From an uncultured bacterium (GTDB lineage Bacteria; Fidelibacterota; Marinisomatia; Marinisomatales; J089): a stretch of 64,000 nt of DNA. Positions 18,624 to 27,032 of this stretch are shown piece after piece (the stretch's first letter is position 1; each line of letters starts with the position of its first letter). The stretch covers positions 2,092 through 66,091 of the forward strand of contig CAZHTM010000003.1 in NCBI GenBank assembly GCA_964535735.1, read 5' to 3'. Both the position numbers and the translations under genes were made by a program. The notes beneath the pieces were generated by a model, which was given only the letters and a program-made list of their open reading frames with translations, ran no database searches and was not told the origin of the DNA.

Positions 18624-18875
18624 TTATAGAGAATCGATGAAACGCGCCAGTTGAATATCTCGATCGGTAATTCCACCCTGATTATGGGTGGTCAGTACAA
18701 CTTTCACGGTGTTAGAAGTCAGGGTCTTGTCGGGATAAGGATTTTACCGTTCCGCCTCCCGAGGCACGGTATTCACAAGATCCAACCCGGATTGATAGGA
18801 AAGAAATTCCAATGTCATTACCAAACAATTATCCTGGACCGACCCTTCCACCAGGGACTGTATTGCGGTCAACAT
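18624..18875 (-). pseudogene. pterin-4a-carbinolamine dehydratase (PCD/DCoH)-like gene with an in-frame TAA and a lost His-His motif
   Basis: Hand translation of the minus strand: MLTAIQSLVEGSVQDNCLVMTLEFLSYQSGLDLVNTVPREAER*NPYPDKTLTSNTVKVVLTTHNQGGITDRDIQLARFIDSL*. The stop is at 18744-18746. PCD scaffold spacing is kept, but the catalytic HHP reads PYP. Confidence 0.6.
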
Positions 18876-18893
18876 TTGTGAAGATAGGTTCGA

Positions 18894-20249
18894 CTATTGC
18901 CTTACACTAACCAACACCATTTGCCGGAATATTCGTCGGACCCAGACCACCCCTACAGCCGTAGCGACTAATGTGGACATCATCATTGAGTACCATACCC
19001 ATTCCAAGGGCTTATGCAGAATAAAAGCGAAAAAACTAGCCAAAGGCGCCGATACAAGAAGGATTCGGATGGAGGTTATGGCCAAAACCGGTATCCCTTT
19101 CCCAAACCCTTGTAAGATCCTTCCACTGGTAATACCGATCGCTACCACAGGATAAACCAACGTAATGAGTCGCAAGTAGGTTATGGCAATCTGTTGAACT
19201 CCGACAGAAGGTGTAAATCCTGTCACCAGTATAGGAGCCAGTATAAAAATCAAAAGAGATGACAGTACCGTAATCAGAAAAGAACGTCCATAACCATATT
19301 TAACAATCATCTTCAGTTTTTCGATTTCATTAGCGCCGTAGAACATTCCCACAAGCGTCGTAAGAGCTGCACCGATGGACATGATTGGCAAAAGGACCAG
19401 CATATCGATGCGGCCGCTGATTTGATAGGCCGCAACAGTATCCTGAGAAAAGGAAATCAGAATTCGGTTAAATACACCCTGACCAATGGACATAATGATC
19501 ATGGATAATGATGCGGGAATTCCAACACGGAAAATATCTTTGATGATACCCATATCCGGATGGAAATGCTGGATTTTAAAGGAGATGTAAGAATGTTTTT
19601 TCACATATAACATATAGAAGAAAATAGAAAACGAAACGATTTGACTGATGATTGTGGCTACGGCTGCGCCGGGTACACCCATATCAAGAAGAAAAATAAA
19701 GATTGGATCCAAAATAATATTGAGAACCGTTCCCAGCCCGGCTACCATCATAGGAAATTTTGTATCACCCTCGCCCGCAAGAATGGACCGGAAAAAGCCC
19801 GAAAAAATCATAAATGGCAATCCCCAACTGATAATCCGAAGATAGGACCAGGATAAGGGGATTAACTCCTGCGGAGTACCCAGGCCCTGGAGCATCTGGG
19901 GACCAAAAAGGAGTCCACTGAGCATTAAGGGTATTCCAATAACAAGACCCAGAACTACAGCATGTTCGGCACCGTTATCGGCATTAATTTTATCCCGAGC
20001 GCCGACATACCGCGCCACCGTGGCCGTCACTCCCGTTCCCAATCCCATGGTCAACCCCATGACGAAAAAGAATAGGGGCATATTGAATGCCACGGCGGCA
20101 ATGGCATCGCCTCCCAACCAGCCAATGAAGATAATATCCACGACCGTATACATGGTGTGAATTCCCATACCGATCATGATCGGTATAGCCAGGGTCCATA
20201 ACGCCTTTCGGGGAGCGTTTAGATAGGTGTCCAGTCGAGAACTTTTCAT
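18894..20249 (-). CDS. MATE family efflux transporter
   Basis: 12 TM segments. N-terminal MATE pattern ALWTLAIPIMIGMGIHTMYTVVDIIFIGWLGGDAIAAVA. Confidence 0.85.
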   Translation of the reverse strand: MKSSRLDTYLNAPRKALWTLAIPIMIGMGIHTMYTVVDIIFIGWLGGDAIAAVAFNMPLFFFVMGLTMGLGTGVTATVARYVGARDKINADNGAEHAVVLGLVIGIPLMLSGLLFGPQMLQGLGTPQELIPLSWSYLRIISWGLPFMIFSGFFRSILAGEGDTKFPMMVAGLGTVLNIILDPIFIFLLDMGVPGAAVATIISQIVSFSIFFYMLYVKKHSYISFKIQHFHPDMGIIKDIFRVGIPASLSMIIMSIGQGVFNRILISFSQDTVAAYQISGRIDMLVLLPIMSIGAALTTLVGMFYGANEIEKLKMIVKYGYGRSFLITVLSSLLIFILAPILVTGFTPSVGVQQIAITYLRLITLVYPVVAIGITSGRILQGFGKGIPVLAITSIRILLVSAPLASFFAFILHKPLEWVWYSMMMSTLVATAVGVVWVRRIFRQMVLVSVRQ

Positions 20250-20337
20250 GAATCTCCAAAAATAAAGCGGGTAATATAGCTCGACCGAACCAGACTATTG
20301 ATGACTTTTCTCCGAAACTCGGAGATCATTATCCGGC

Positions 20338-20559
20338 TCAGGAAAAGCCTGAAGATGCGGAACAGCCGCTCGTCGAGGATGAATAAGAACTGGAGGAAGA
20401 ACTTCCTCCTACAGATACCGCCGGCGCTGACAGTAGGCGCCGGGAGCGATGTTCCCCGCATTTCGGACAGGTAATGTCTTCATCCGGTACAGTACTGGAC
20501 CAAACCAGTTCCTCAAATTCGTGTCCACAATTATCGCAGCGATAATCGAACATGGGCAT
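20338..20559 (-). CDS. FmdB-type zinc-ribbon protein (CxxC...CxxC) with Ser-rich tail
   Basis: MPMFDYRCDNCGHEFE...ITCPKCGE signature. Tail GGSSSSSSYSSSTSGCSASS. Confidence 0.8.
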   Translation of the reverse strand: MPMFDYRCDNCGHEFEELVWSSTVPDEDITCPKCGEHRSRRLLSAPAVSVGGSSSSSSYSSSTSGCSASSGFS

Positions 20560-20598
20560 AAGGCTAAATCTCCCTTAAACTACTAAAGGTTTAATCAG

Positions 20599-20832
20599 TT
20601 ATTGACCAGACTCTGGATCACCGGTTTGCTTTTTTCGTCCCGGAAGCGCCCAGATCAACCCCATGAGAGCCCCGTAGGCCGTGCTGTTGACAGGATTTCC
20701 TGTAATGGCACACGTCCCGGTGCGACAACCAATCAGCGCATAGTATCCCCAGCCAAGAAAAGCGCCCAGCACTATTCCTAACAGAGGACCTCGCCACCAT
20801 CCCGGTTGATGATAAAATCGAGGCTTACTCAT
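20599..20832 (-). CDS. small two-TM membrane protein with GCRTGTCAITGNP motif (DUF6132-like)
   Basis: Two hydrophobic helices flank a C-x4-C loop. Overlaps the upstream gene by 8 nt. Confidence 0.55.
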   Translation of the reverse strand: MSKPRFYHQPGWWRGPLLGIVLGAFLGWGYYALIGCRTGTCAITGNPVNSTAYGALMGLIWALPGRKKQTGDPESGQ

Positions 20833-21031
20833 GATTGGAGTTCAAACGTTGGTTCAGATCAGCGATGATATCATCCAAATTGGTAATCTTCTTCCGTTCG
20901 GCTAATTCTTCCAGGGTACCCCACAACGGTTCCCCACATTTTACACAAGCCAGCCCAGCTTCAGCCAATGGAGCAATGACTTCTGGATAATCTCGGACGA
21001 TATCTTCGATGAACATGGTTTTATCAATCAT
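20825..21031 (-). CDS. DUF1858-type redox-disulfide domain protein (hybrid-cluster-protein-associated family)
   Basis: 68 aa. Pattern TMFIEDIVRDYPEVIAPLAEAGLACVKCGEPLWGTLEE with a CxxC pair. Confidence 0.7.
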   Translation of the reverse strand: MIDKTMFIEDIVRDYPEVIAPLAEAGLACVKCGEPLWGTLEELAERKKITNLDDIIADLNQRLNSNHE

Positions 21032-21372
21032 GACAAGCCACTCTCATCCAAGGGATGCAACAAGTTCTTAAAATAATCCCGAGCTGCTTCAGCCGCTGTA
21101 ATACGCCCACCCATGTGCATGATACGCACTTTCCAATGGGCCGCAATTTTCCGCGCATGATCGCCTACATGATGAACAATCATCGCCTCTGGCATAGCAT
21201 CCGGTTTCAGGGTTTTAAAAATTCGTCCATGATGCACCTCCGGTGTTCCCGGAATGGCGTCTAGTAAGACACCTTCCTTGTCCAGGAAAAGATACCAGGA
21301 CGCACGGCCAAAATGGGAACCGGCAGGTTGCTCTGGATCAGGATATTCAGAAGGGATAAGTACGCTTGACAT
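21028..21372 (-). CDS. NifX/NifB-C-terminal-like cofactor-binding domain protein
   Basis: SHFGRASWYLFLD core motif of the dinitrogenase FeMo-cofactor-binding fold. 9 His and no Cys. Confidence 0.6.
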   Translation of the reverse strand: MSSVLIPSEYPDPEQPAGSHFGRASWYLFLDKEGVLLDAIPGTPEVHHGRIFKTLKPDAMPEAMIVHHVGDHARKIAAHWKVRIMHMGGRITAAEAARDYFKNLLHPLDESGLS

Positions 21373-21620
21373 TAGATAATCCTTTTCAGGTTTAGTTTTT
21401 TAAATAATCGGTCCGACACATCGTCCGGAATACTTTCTTCCGTCTGGGTGACCCGATAGAGTTTGATGGTATCCTTGACACTATCTATAAAAATCCGACA
21501 CTCCGGGCATTCTTCCATGTATTTTCGCACTTCATCCACTACTTCCCGTTCATAATCTTCTCCCAGGTAGTCTTCAACCAGACGAATCATTTTTTCTTTA
21601 TGGTTCAAGAATGCATTCAT
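21372..21620 (-). CDS. putative cytoplasmic anti-sigma factor (zf-HC2-like, His replaced by Tyr)
   Basis: Overlaps the ECF sigma stop (ATGA). The pattern LVEDYLGEDYEREVVDEVRKYMEECPECR matches the anti-sigma N-terminal zinc-finger layout. No TM segment. Confidence 0.6.
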   Translation of the reverse strand: MNAFLNHKEKMIRLVEDYLGEDYEREVVDEVRKYMEECPECRIFIDSVKDTIKLYRVTQTEESIPDDVSDRLFKKLNLKRII

Positions 21621-22219
21621 GATAGTCCCTCAATGCACTTAAAATGATTGGCCAATTGGTCCCTTAAGAATAACCGGGCGCGCATCAATCTGACTTTGGT
21701 ATTGGCTTCGGAAATATTCAACAACTTAGCCGTTTCCCGCGTGGAAAGATTTTCCAAGTCCCGAAGGACAAATACGTCTTTATAATTTTCTGGTAACAAC
21801 GCCATAGCTTTGGCTAGACAATCCCGAAATTCTTTTTCATCAATTTTTTCTTCCAGGTGGTCGGGCCAGTCTTTGATATCAAATCCCCGCACATGTTCAA
21901 ATTCCGGATCATGAACAGAGATATAATTGTCCACATATTTCTTCTGGCGAAGTTTCCCCAGCGCCACGTTGGTGGCAATTCGGTATAACCAGGTATAAAG
22001 CGAGGACCGCTCGGAAAAAGTATCCAATTTTTTCAGCATAATCATAAAGGTTTCCTGAAGTACGTCCTCTGCATCCTCTCGATTATCCATTAATCGGCTG
22101 GCCAATGAGTAAATCCGTGCAGAATGCATATCTACAAGAATACTCATAGCATCTGCGTCACCCTCTTTGGCGCGCCGAATAAGTTCTGACTCTGGTATGT
22201 CCTGATTTGGAACCGTCAT
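21617..22219 (-). CDS. ECF (sigma-70 family, group 4) RNA polymerase sigma factor
   Basis: Region 2 (DAEDVLQETFMIMLKKL...YTWLYRIATNVAL) and region 4 (LPENYKDVFVLRDLENLSTRETAKLLNISEANTKVRLMRARLFLR). Confidence 0.9.
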   Translation of the reverse strand: MTVPNQDIPESELIRRAKEGDADAMSILVDMHSARIYSLASRLMDNREDAEDVLQETFMIMLKKLDTFSERSSLYTWLYRIATNVALGKLRQKKYVDNYISVHDPEFEHVRGFDIKDWPDHLEEKIDEKEFRDCLAKAMALLPENYKDVFVLRDLENLSTRETAKLLNISEANTKVRLMRARLFLRDQLANHFKCIEGLS

Positions 22220-22240
22220 CTAATTATTCTTGATAAACCA

Positions 22241-22260
22241 GGACCCCTTTGCAGGGGTCC
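22241..22260 (-). terminator. stem-loop downstream of the DUF4920 gene, upstream of the ECF operon
   Basis: ggacccct ttgc aggggtcc, a perfect 8-bp GC-rich stem. Weak U-tract on the minus strand (ugguuuau). Confidence 0.4.
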
Positions 22261-22303
22261 TTGGCTCAGTTCAATTGGATGAATATTCAAAGGTTTGGTT
22301 ACA

Positions 22304-22726
22304 TCAACTTTCAATGATCACACCACTTGCAATCATGGAATAGTTTGCCCGATCCTGTTCCGTACAGGACTCGCTGTGGTTCCCTTCTTCATGGTTATGT
22401 TTTATCACTTCGGTATGGAAGACGCCTTGAACCTTTACCGTCTTACCGCCGGCATCCTTGGGAACAAAGAACGCATAATCCTTAAAGCGAACCAAAAGGG
22501 TTTTCCCGTCGGCTTCCATAGATAACCAACATCCTTTTTCCTGACAGATTTCTTTTATAACGCCAGATACCAATATTTCTTTGGCATTGTATTGATCAGG
22601 ATGGTTCAGAACCTCCTGTACCTGAACTGCCTGATCCAAGGTTGGCGCTTCACCAAATACTTTCCCCCGTTCTTGTTGAGAACAGGCCATGAGGACAATC
22701 ACCATTGCCCACAGCACATGTTTCAT
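22304..22726 (-). CDS. DUF4920-like lipoprotein
   Basis: Start at the ATG at 22726 (ATGA overlap with the upstream gene). Lipobox LMAC. Core motif KEICQEKGCWLSMEADGKTLLVRFKDYAFFVPKD. Confidence 0.6.
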   Translation of the reverse strand: MKHVLWAMVIVLMACSQQERGKVFGEAPTLDQAVQVQEVLNHPDQYNAKEILVSGVIKEICQEKGCWLSMEADGKTLLVRFKDYAFFVPKDAGGKTVKVQGVFHTEVIKHNHEEGNHSESCTEQDRANYSMIASGVIIES

Positions 22727-23130
22727 TTGATTAGTCTCCTTTTTTTTGTCACAACAATAAACATCCAAATTCCCGTAATACTCAATATGCCTAAAGCCAA
22801 AGCCACTAAATCGTAATACAGAACTCCCGCTTCTCCAAATAAATCTCCTGAATGAAGGTCATATACAATCCAGGATAAAGGAACATACAACGTATTATTT
22901 GTAGGTAGTTTTTGTGCAGCCCGGGTTGCCAAAAGGCGATCGGTGTACTGGGTCGGTAACCATTTGGCCGGGATGCGACTGGTTTGCAGGAAATGAAAAT
23001 CGTTCTTATGCTCTAGTAATATCCCTGTTAGAGCAATAACAAATATAAACAGGGCTGATACCACGGTCAGCCAACGGAAATATCCTAGAATATTACGGTG
23101 CCAGATTCGCCAAGTTTTTAAAGACGCCAT
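22723..23130 (-). CDS. PepSY-associated TM-helix membrane protein
   Basis: WHRNILGYFRWLTVVSALFIFVIALTGILL and LHSGDLFGEAGVLYYDLVALALGILSITGIWMF patterns. Confidence 0.55.
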   Translation of the reverse strand: MASLKTWRIWHRNILGYFRWLTVVSALFIFVIALTGILLEHKNDFHFLQTSRIPAKWLPTQYTDRLLATRAAQKLPTNNTLYVPLSWIVYDLHSGDLFGEAGVLYYDLVALALGILSITGIWMFIVVTKKRRLIK

Positions 23131-23181
23131 AAGAGTCCCCTATCAAGCATATAATTTAAAAAGAAATAGAAATGTAAAAGA

Positions 23182-24975
23182 CTAAAAAGGCCAAAAAACA
23201 GGCAATAAAATTGAAGCCATGATCCACAGGACAAACGCCAAAGGAAATCCAATTTTCAGGTAGTCGGAAAATTTATAGCCCCCCGGACCAAAAACCATCA
23301 TATTGGTTTGGTATCCTATGGGAGTTACAAAAGATGCGGAAGCGGCAAAACACACGGCAAAAATAAATGGTCGTGGATTGACCCCGAGGGCCGTGGCGGC
23401 CACTAAGGCAATAGGAGTCATAATAATCGCCGTCACTACATTGGAAGCCATCTCCGTGAGAATAACCGTTACCAAATAAACAAGGGCCAGAAGTAAATGG
23501 GGTTGCCAATTAACGGGGAATTTTCCCGTAATATCGGACAGAATCGTACCCAACGCGTGAGCCGTTCCCGTAGATTGAATGGCGAAACCCATGGGAATCA
23601 TGCTGGCAATTAATATAATCACCTGCCAATGAATCGACGCATAAGCTTCATTGGAGCCCAGCACCCGGAAAACCATGAGAAGAATCACCCCGATCAAGGC
23701 GCCTTCCACGATGGGCACCCACTGGAAGGCGGCCAGAATGACCACAGTGATAATGACAATGGGACTCAGCCACCAGTATCGGATTTTTTTCAAATCCGCA
23801 TCCATTTCCGCCATAACAATGAAATCATCACCCATGGCCAATTCATTCACTTTACTCCGTGATCCATACACCAATAGGGTATCGAAAGGTCGAATAATGG
23901 CGTGAGCGACTTTTCGGCGAAGGATATCCCCTTCCCGACGGATCGCCAAAACAAAACTCCCAAATCGACGTCGGAAGTTGGACTCCTTCAAACTCTTCCC
24001 TACTAAAGTGGATTTATCCGTTACGATGCATTCAATTAATACATTATCCGCCTGGACCAATTCTTTTTGGGTAAGTTTTTCATCCGTAAGGAGGGCAACT
24101 TTTTCAATGTCTTTCATTCGAATAAAATTATCCACGGTTCCGCGAACGAACAGGATATCACCTTCTTTTAGAATCGTGTTCCGAATGTTCGTGGTAATCA
24201 ATTCGTTATTCCTCTGGATGTCCAAAACGGTAATGTCATAGTTCTGGTTGATGCCTCGCTCTAGAATGGTTTTCCCGATTAACGGAGAATCTGCCGTCAC
24301 TTTCATTTCCGTTAAATACCCACCTAGATGGTAATTCCGGGTCAGACTTGAGGTTACGGTCCGGGAAGGGAGGAGCCGGTATCCAATAAACATAATGTAC
24401 ATTAGACCCAACACCAGTTGAATCAGCCCATACCGGGCGAATTCAAACATTCGCAGGGGCTCTAACTGGGACAATTCACCCAAAAGGGAATTCACTACTA
24501 AATTGGTGGACGTTCCAATCAAGGTAAGGGTACCACCGAGAATTGCAGCGTAACTCAAAGGAATTAACACTTTAGAGGGACTGATACGATACCGTTCCGC
24601 GAGCCGGATGGTCACCGGCATAAATATGGCCACTATGGCGGTATTATTGACGAATGCTGATGCAACCGCAATGGAAAGCAAATAGACCATCAGTCCCAAC
24701 ACTTTTGAATGTTGGACCAATTGATTGAGCCGAATGACCAGGTATTCCAGAACACCAGACTTCTGGAGCGCATGGCTCAGGATAAACAGCGCAGCAATAG
24801 TAATCACCGCCGGGTTTGAAAATCCGGATATAGCCTGTTCCGGGTTGACCAAGCCAGTGATCAGCAGAATTCCTAAAACCAATAATGCTGTCACATCGAT
24901 GGGCAACGCCTCCGTAACAAAGAGGACAAAAGCCATCAAAATGACGGCAAGAACGATGATCATTCCGATGGTCAT
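23182..24975 (-). CDS. SLC13/DASS-family anion transporter with two central TrkA-C (RCK_C) domains
   Basis: N- and C-terminal permease halves. Two approximately 70-aa RCK_C-like inserts (GKTILERGINQNYDITVLDIQR..., GKSLKESNFRRRFGSFVLAIRREG...). Confidence 0.8.
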   Translation of the reverse strand: MTIGMIIVLAVILMAFVLFVTEALPIDVTALLVLGILLITGLVNPEQAISGFSNPAVITIAALFILSHALQKSGVLEYLVIRLNQLVQHSKVLGLMVYLLSIAVASAFVNNTAIVAIFMPVTIRLAERYRISPSKVLIPLSYAAILGGTLTLIGTSTNLVVNSLLGELSQLEPLRMFEFARYGLIQLVLGLMYIMFIGYRLLPSRTVTSSLTRNYHLGGYLTEMKVTADSPLIGKTILERGINQNYDITVLDIQRNNELITTNIRNTILKEGDILFVRGTVDNFIRMKDIEKVALLTDEKLTQKELVQADNVLIECIVTDKSTLVGKSLKESNFRRRFGSFVLAIRREGDILRRKVAHAIIRPFDTLLVYGSRSKVNELAMGDDFIVMAEMDADLKKIRYWWLSPIVIITVVILAAFQWVPIVEGALIGVILLMVFRVLGSNEAYASIHWQVIILIASMIPMGFAIQSTGTAHALGTILSDITGKFPVNWQPHLLLALVYLVTVILTEMASNVVTAIIMTPIALVAATALGVNPRPFIFAVCFAASASFVTPIGYQTNMMVFGPGGYKFSDYLKIGFPLAFVLWIMASILLPVFWPF

Positions 24976-24986
24976 GACACCCGGAA

Positions 24987-26687
24987 TTAGTTCACCATAT
25001 CGACCTGGCCAGGATCTAGATAATCACTAGCATATTGTAAGTAGATCTTCTCCCTGACAAATACCTCAAACAGATCGGGATCAATATGGGCATCATTTTT
25101 CATGAAACCCAGAATGCGCATAGCCTCACTTAGTGTTTTCCCTTTTTTGTAAGGCCGGTCCCTGGCGGTCAGGGCCTCGAAGATATCGGCAATGGCCATA
25201 ATCCGAGCCTGGATGGACATTTCCTTTGCGGTGAGACCAAGCGGATAACCGGTACCGTCCATTTTTTCATGATGCCCACCGGCAAACTCCGGTACATGGC
25301 GGAGATGTTTTGGATAGGGCAGTTGGGTCAACATTTTAATAGTCTGAGTGATGTGATCATTAATCACTTTCCGCTCTTCATGGGTTAATGTTCCTCGGGC
25401 AATGAGAAGATTTTTTACTTCATCGTCATCCAGAAAAGGTTTCCGTTCTCCCCGATCCGTCCAACGGTAGCGTGCAATTTTTAAGACTCGGTCTTTTTTA
25501 TCCTGGCTCATGAATTCACCGCCAAAATTGGTCTCTTCCAGAAAGGCCATATCGTCCGATAATTTACGTAAACGCCGTTGATAGTTTTTACGGAGCCGAT
25601 GGAGTTCCTGGGCTTTTTCTTCTTTGGTTAATTCCGACTGTTTTTCCAGAGCCAATTGTTGTTTCAGAAAGCGGATTTCCGCATCGCGTTTCATGACTTC
25701 CATTCGGGTAGATACTGTATGAATTCGATCATAAATCGTTTCCAGCTTGGTGGCCTTATCCACAACATATTCCGGAGTGGTAACCTTCCCGCAATCGTGC
25801 AACCAGGCCGCGATCCTTAACTCATACATCTCACTATCCGTGAAATGGATGTCTTTAAAGGGACCTTCATCAATGTTATTAACAGCCTCCGCCAACATCA
25901 TCGTCAGCACCGGAACCCGCTCGCAATGGCCGCCTGTGTATTTTGATTTTGCATCGATGGCCGTGGCGATGAGTTTGATGAAGGATTCAAACAGCACCTC
26001 CAGATTTTTAATTAAATTTTTATTGGTGATGGCGACGGCCGCCTGAGAGGCCAACCCTTCAACCAAGCCCTGAATATCTTTGGAAAATGGTAAGGTTTCG
26101 CCCGTTCGGGGATGTTTGGCATTCAGGAGTTGAAGAACACCGATGATTTCATCTTCATGATTTTTCAGAGGAACCGTCAATAATGATTTGGATCGGTACC
26201 CTGTTTTGGAATCAAATGCTTTGGTTCCCGAGAAATCAAAACCTTCTTCTTCATACGCATCCTTAATGTTGACTGTTTCACCGGTTAATCCTACATAAGC
26301 GGCAACCATATTGACGTTAGGACTGCCATCTTCATTATATAATTTTACAGGATAAAATGGAATCGGTTTTCCGGAGGTACCACCCATGTGAAAATTCAAT
26401 GAGTCGGTCATCAATATTTCGAATCGGAGCCGATTGTCATCAGTCCGCATATATAAGGTACCACCGTCGGCATTGGATAGTTGTTTAGCCTCAACCAATA
26501 TCATTTCTAAAAGCTGGTTCATGTCCTTTTCACGGGATAAGGCCACACCGATCTCCGCATGTCGATGAATTCGATATTCTAACTCCCGAATATATCCCTT
26601 TACGGTATCGGGACAGTCTTCCACCATAGCATGGATTTCTTCCGGGGTCAATTTCAAATCCGATATAGATTTAGGTTTATGGTCCAT
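24987..26687 (-). CDS. GAF domain / HD-GYP domain protein (c-di-GMP phosphodiesterase type)
   Basis: Start moved to the ATG at 26687, with GAGGA upstream. HDCGK and HHEKMDGTGYPLG motifs. GAF-like N-terminal half and a coiled-coil insert. Confidence 0.85.
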   Translation of the reverse strand: MDHKPKSISDLKLTPEEIHAMVEDCPDTVKGYIRELEYRIHRHAEIGVALSREKDMNQLLEMILVEAKQLSNADGGTLYMRTDDNRLRFEILMTDSLNFHMGGTSGKPIPFYPVKLYNEDGSPNVNMVAAYVGLTGETVNIKDAYEEEGFDFSGTKAFDSKTGYRSKSLLTVPLKNHEDEIIGVLQLLNAKHPRTGETLPFSKDIQGLVEGLASQAAVAITNKNLIKNLEVLFESFIKLIATAIDAKSKYTGGHCERVPVLTMMLAEAVNNIDEGPFKDIHFTDSEMYELRIAAWLHDCGKVTTPEYVVDKATKLETIYDRIHTVSTRMEVMKRDAEIRFLKQQLALEKQSELTKEEKAQELHRLRKNYQRRLRKLSDDMAFLEETNFGGEFMSQDKKDRVLKIARYRWTDRGERKPFLDDDEVKNLLIARGTLTHEERKVINDHITQTIKMLTQLPYPKHLRHVPEFAGGHHEKMDGTGYPLGLTAKEMSIQARIMAIADIFEALTARDRPYKKGKTLSEAMRILGFMKNDAHIDPDLFEVFVREKIYLQYASDYLDPGQVDMVN

Positions 26688-26854
26688 CGTTATTCCTCTG
26701 GTCTGCTTAACATAACTTAAACACGTAGGAAGGGTCCAGGAAAGATAATCTACGCTCCCTGATTTTTGAAAGGACAATAGAAATCTATTAATCCTCAGTT
26801 TCTTCAAAAAAACATTTGCATCAATTCGGTATTTTATCCAAATATTGCAGACCA

Positions 26855-26935
26855 ATGTTGCAATCAAAACAACTTCATTCCTCCATTAGTCAGATCCTGA
26901 CCTGGAACTGGCTCCCCTGGCCCGGCCGGGCCTAA
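26855..26935 (+). promoter_or_regulatory. candidate Trp-codon-rich leader peptide ORF upstream of trpB2
   Basis: Hand translation: MLQSKQLHSSISQILTWNWLPWPGRA*. Three TGG codons fall within six codons, 98 nt upstream of the TrpB2 start. No clear Shine-Dalgarno. Confidence 0.3.
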
Positions 26936-26948
26936 GACTTCCCTTATT

Positions 26949-26967
26949 CGGGTTTCCGAACCCGTTT
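26949..26967 (+). terminator. candidate attenuator stem-loop following the leader ORF
   Basis: cgggtt tccg aacccg followed by ttt. The upstream ggcccgg (26919-26925) could pair alternatively with tcgggtt (26948-26954). Confidence 0.25.
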
Positions 26968-27032
26968 AATCCTACCTATACATTCCAAAATCCATTCATT
27001 AAAACAATTGTACAATCTCAAGGAGACTATTC

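Noticed and set aside
26688-26867. N-terminal extensions given by the ORF track: HD-GYP to 26867, nosZ from 2514, ORF1 from 71, acylase from 12698, T9SS protein to 18582, acyl-CoA dehydrogenase to 41202, bactofilin to 56595.
   Set aside because: Internal ATG codons with Shine-Dalgarno-like sequences, signal peptides or overlap logic give better starts. The extensions have atypical composition.
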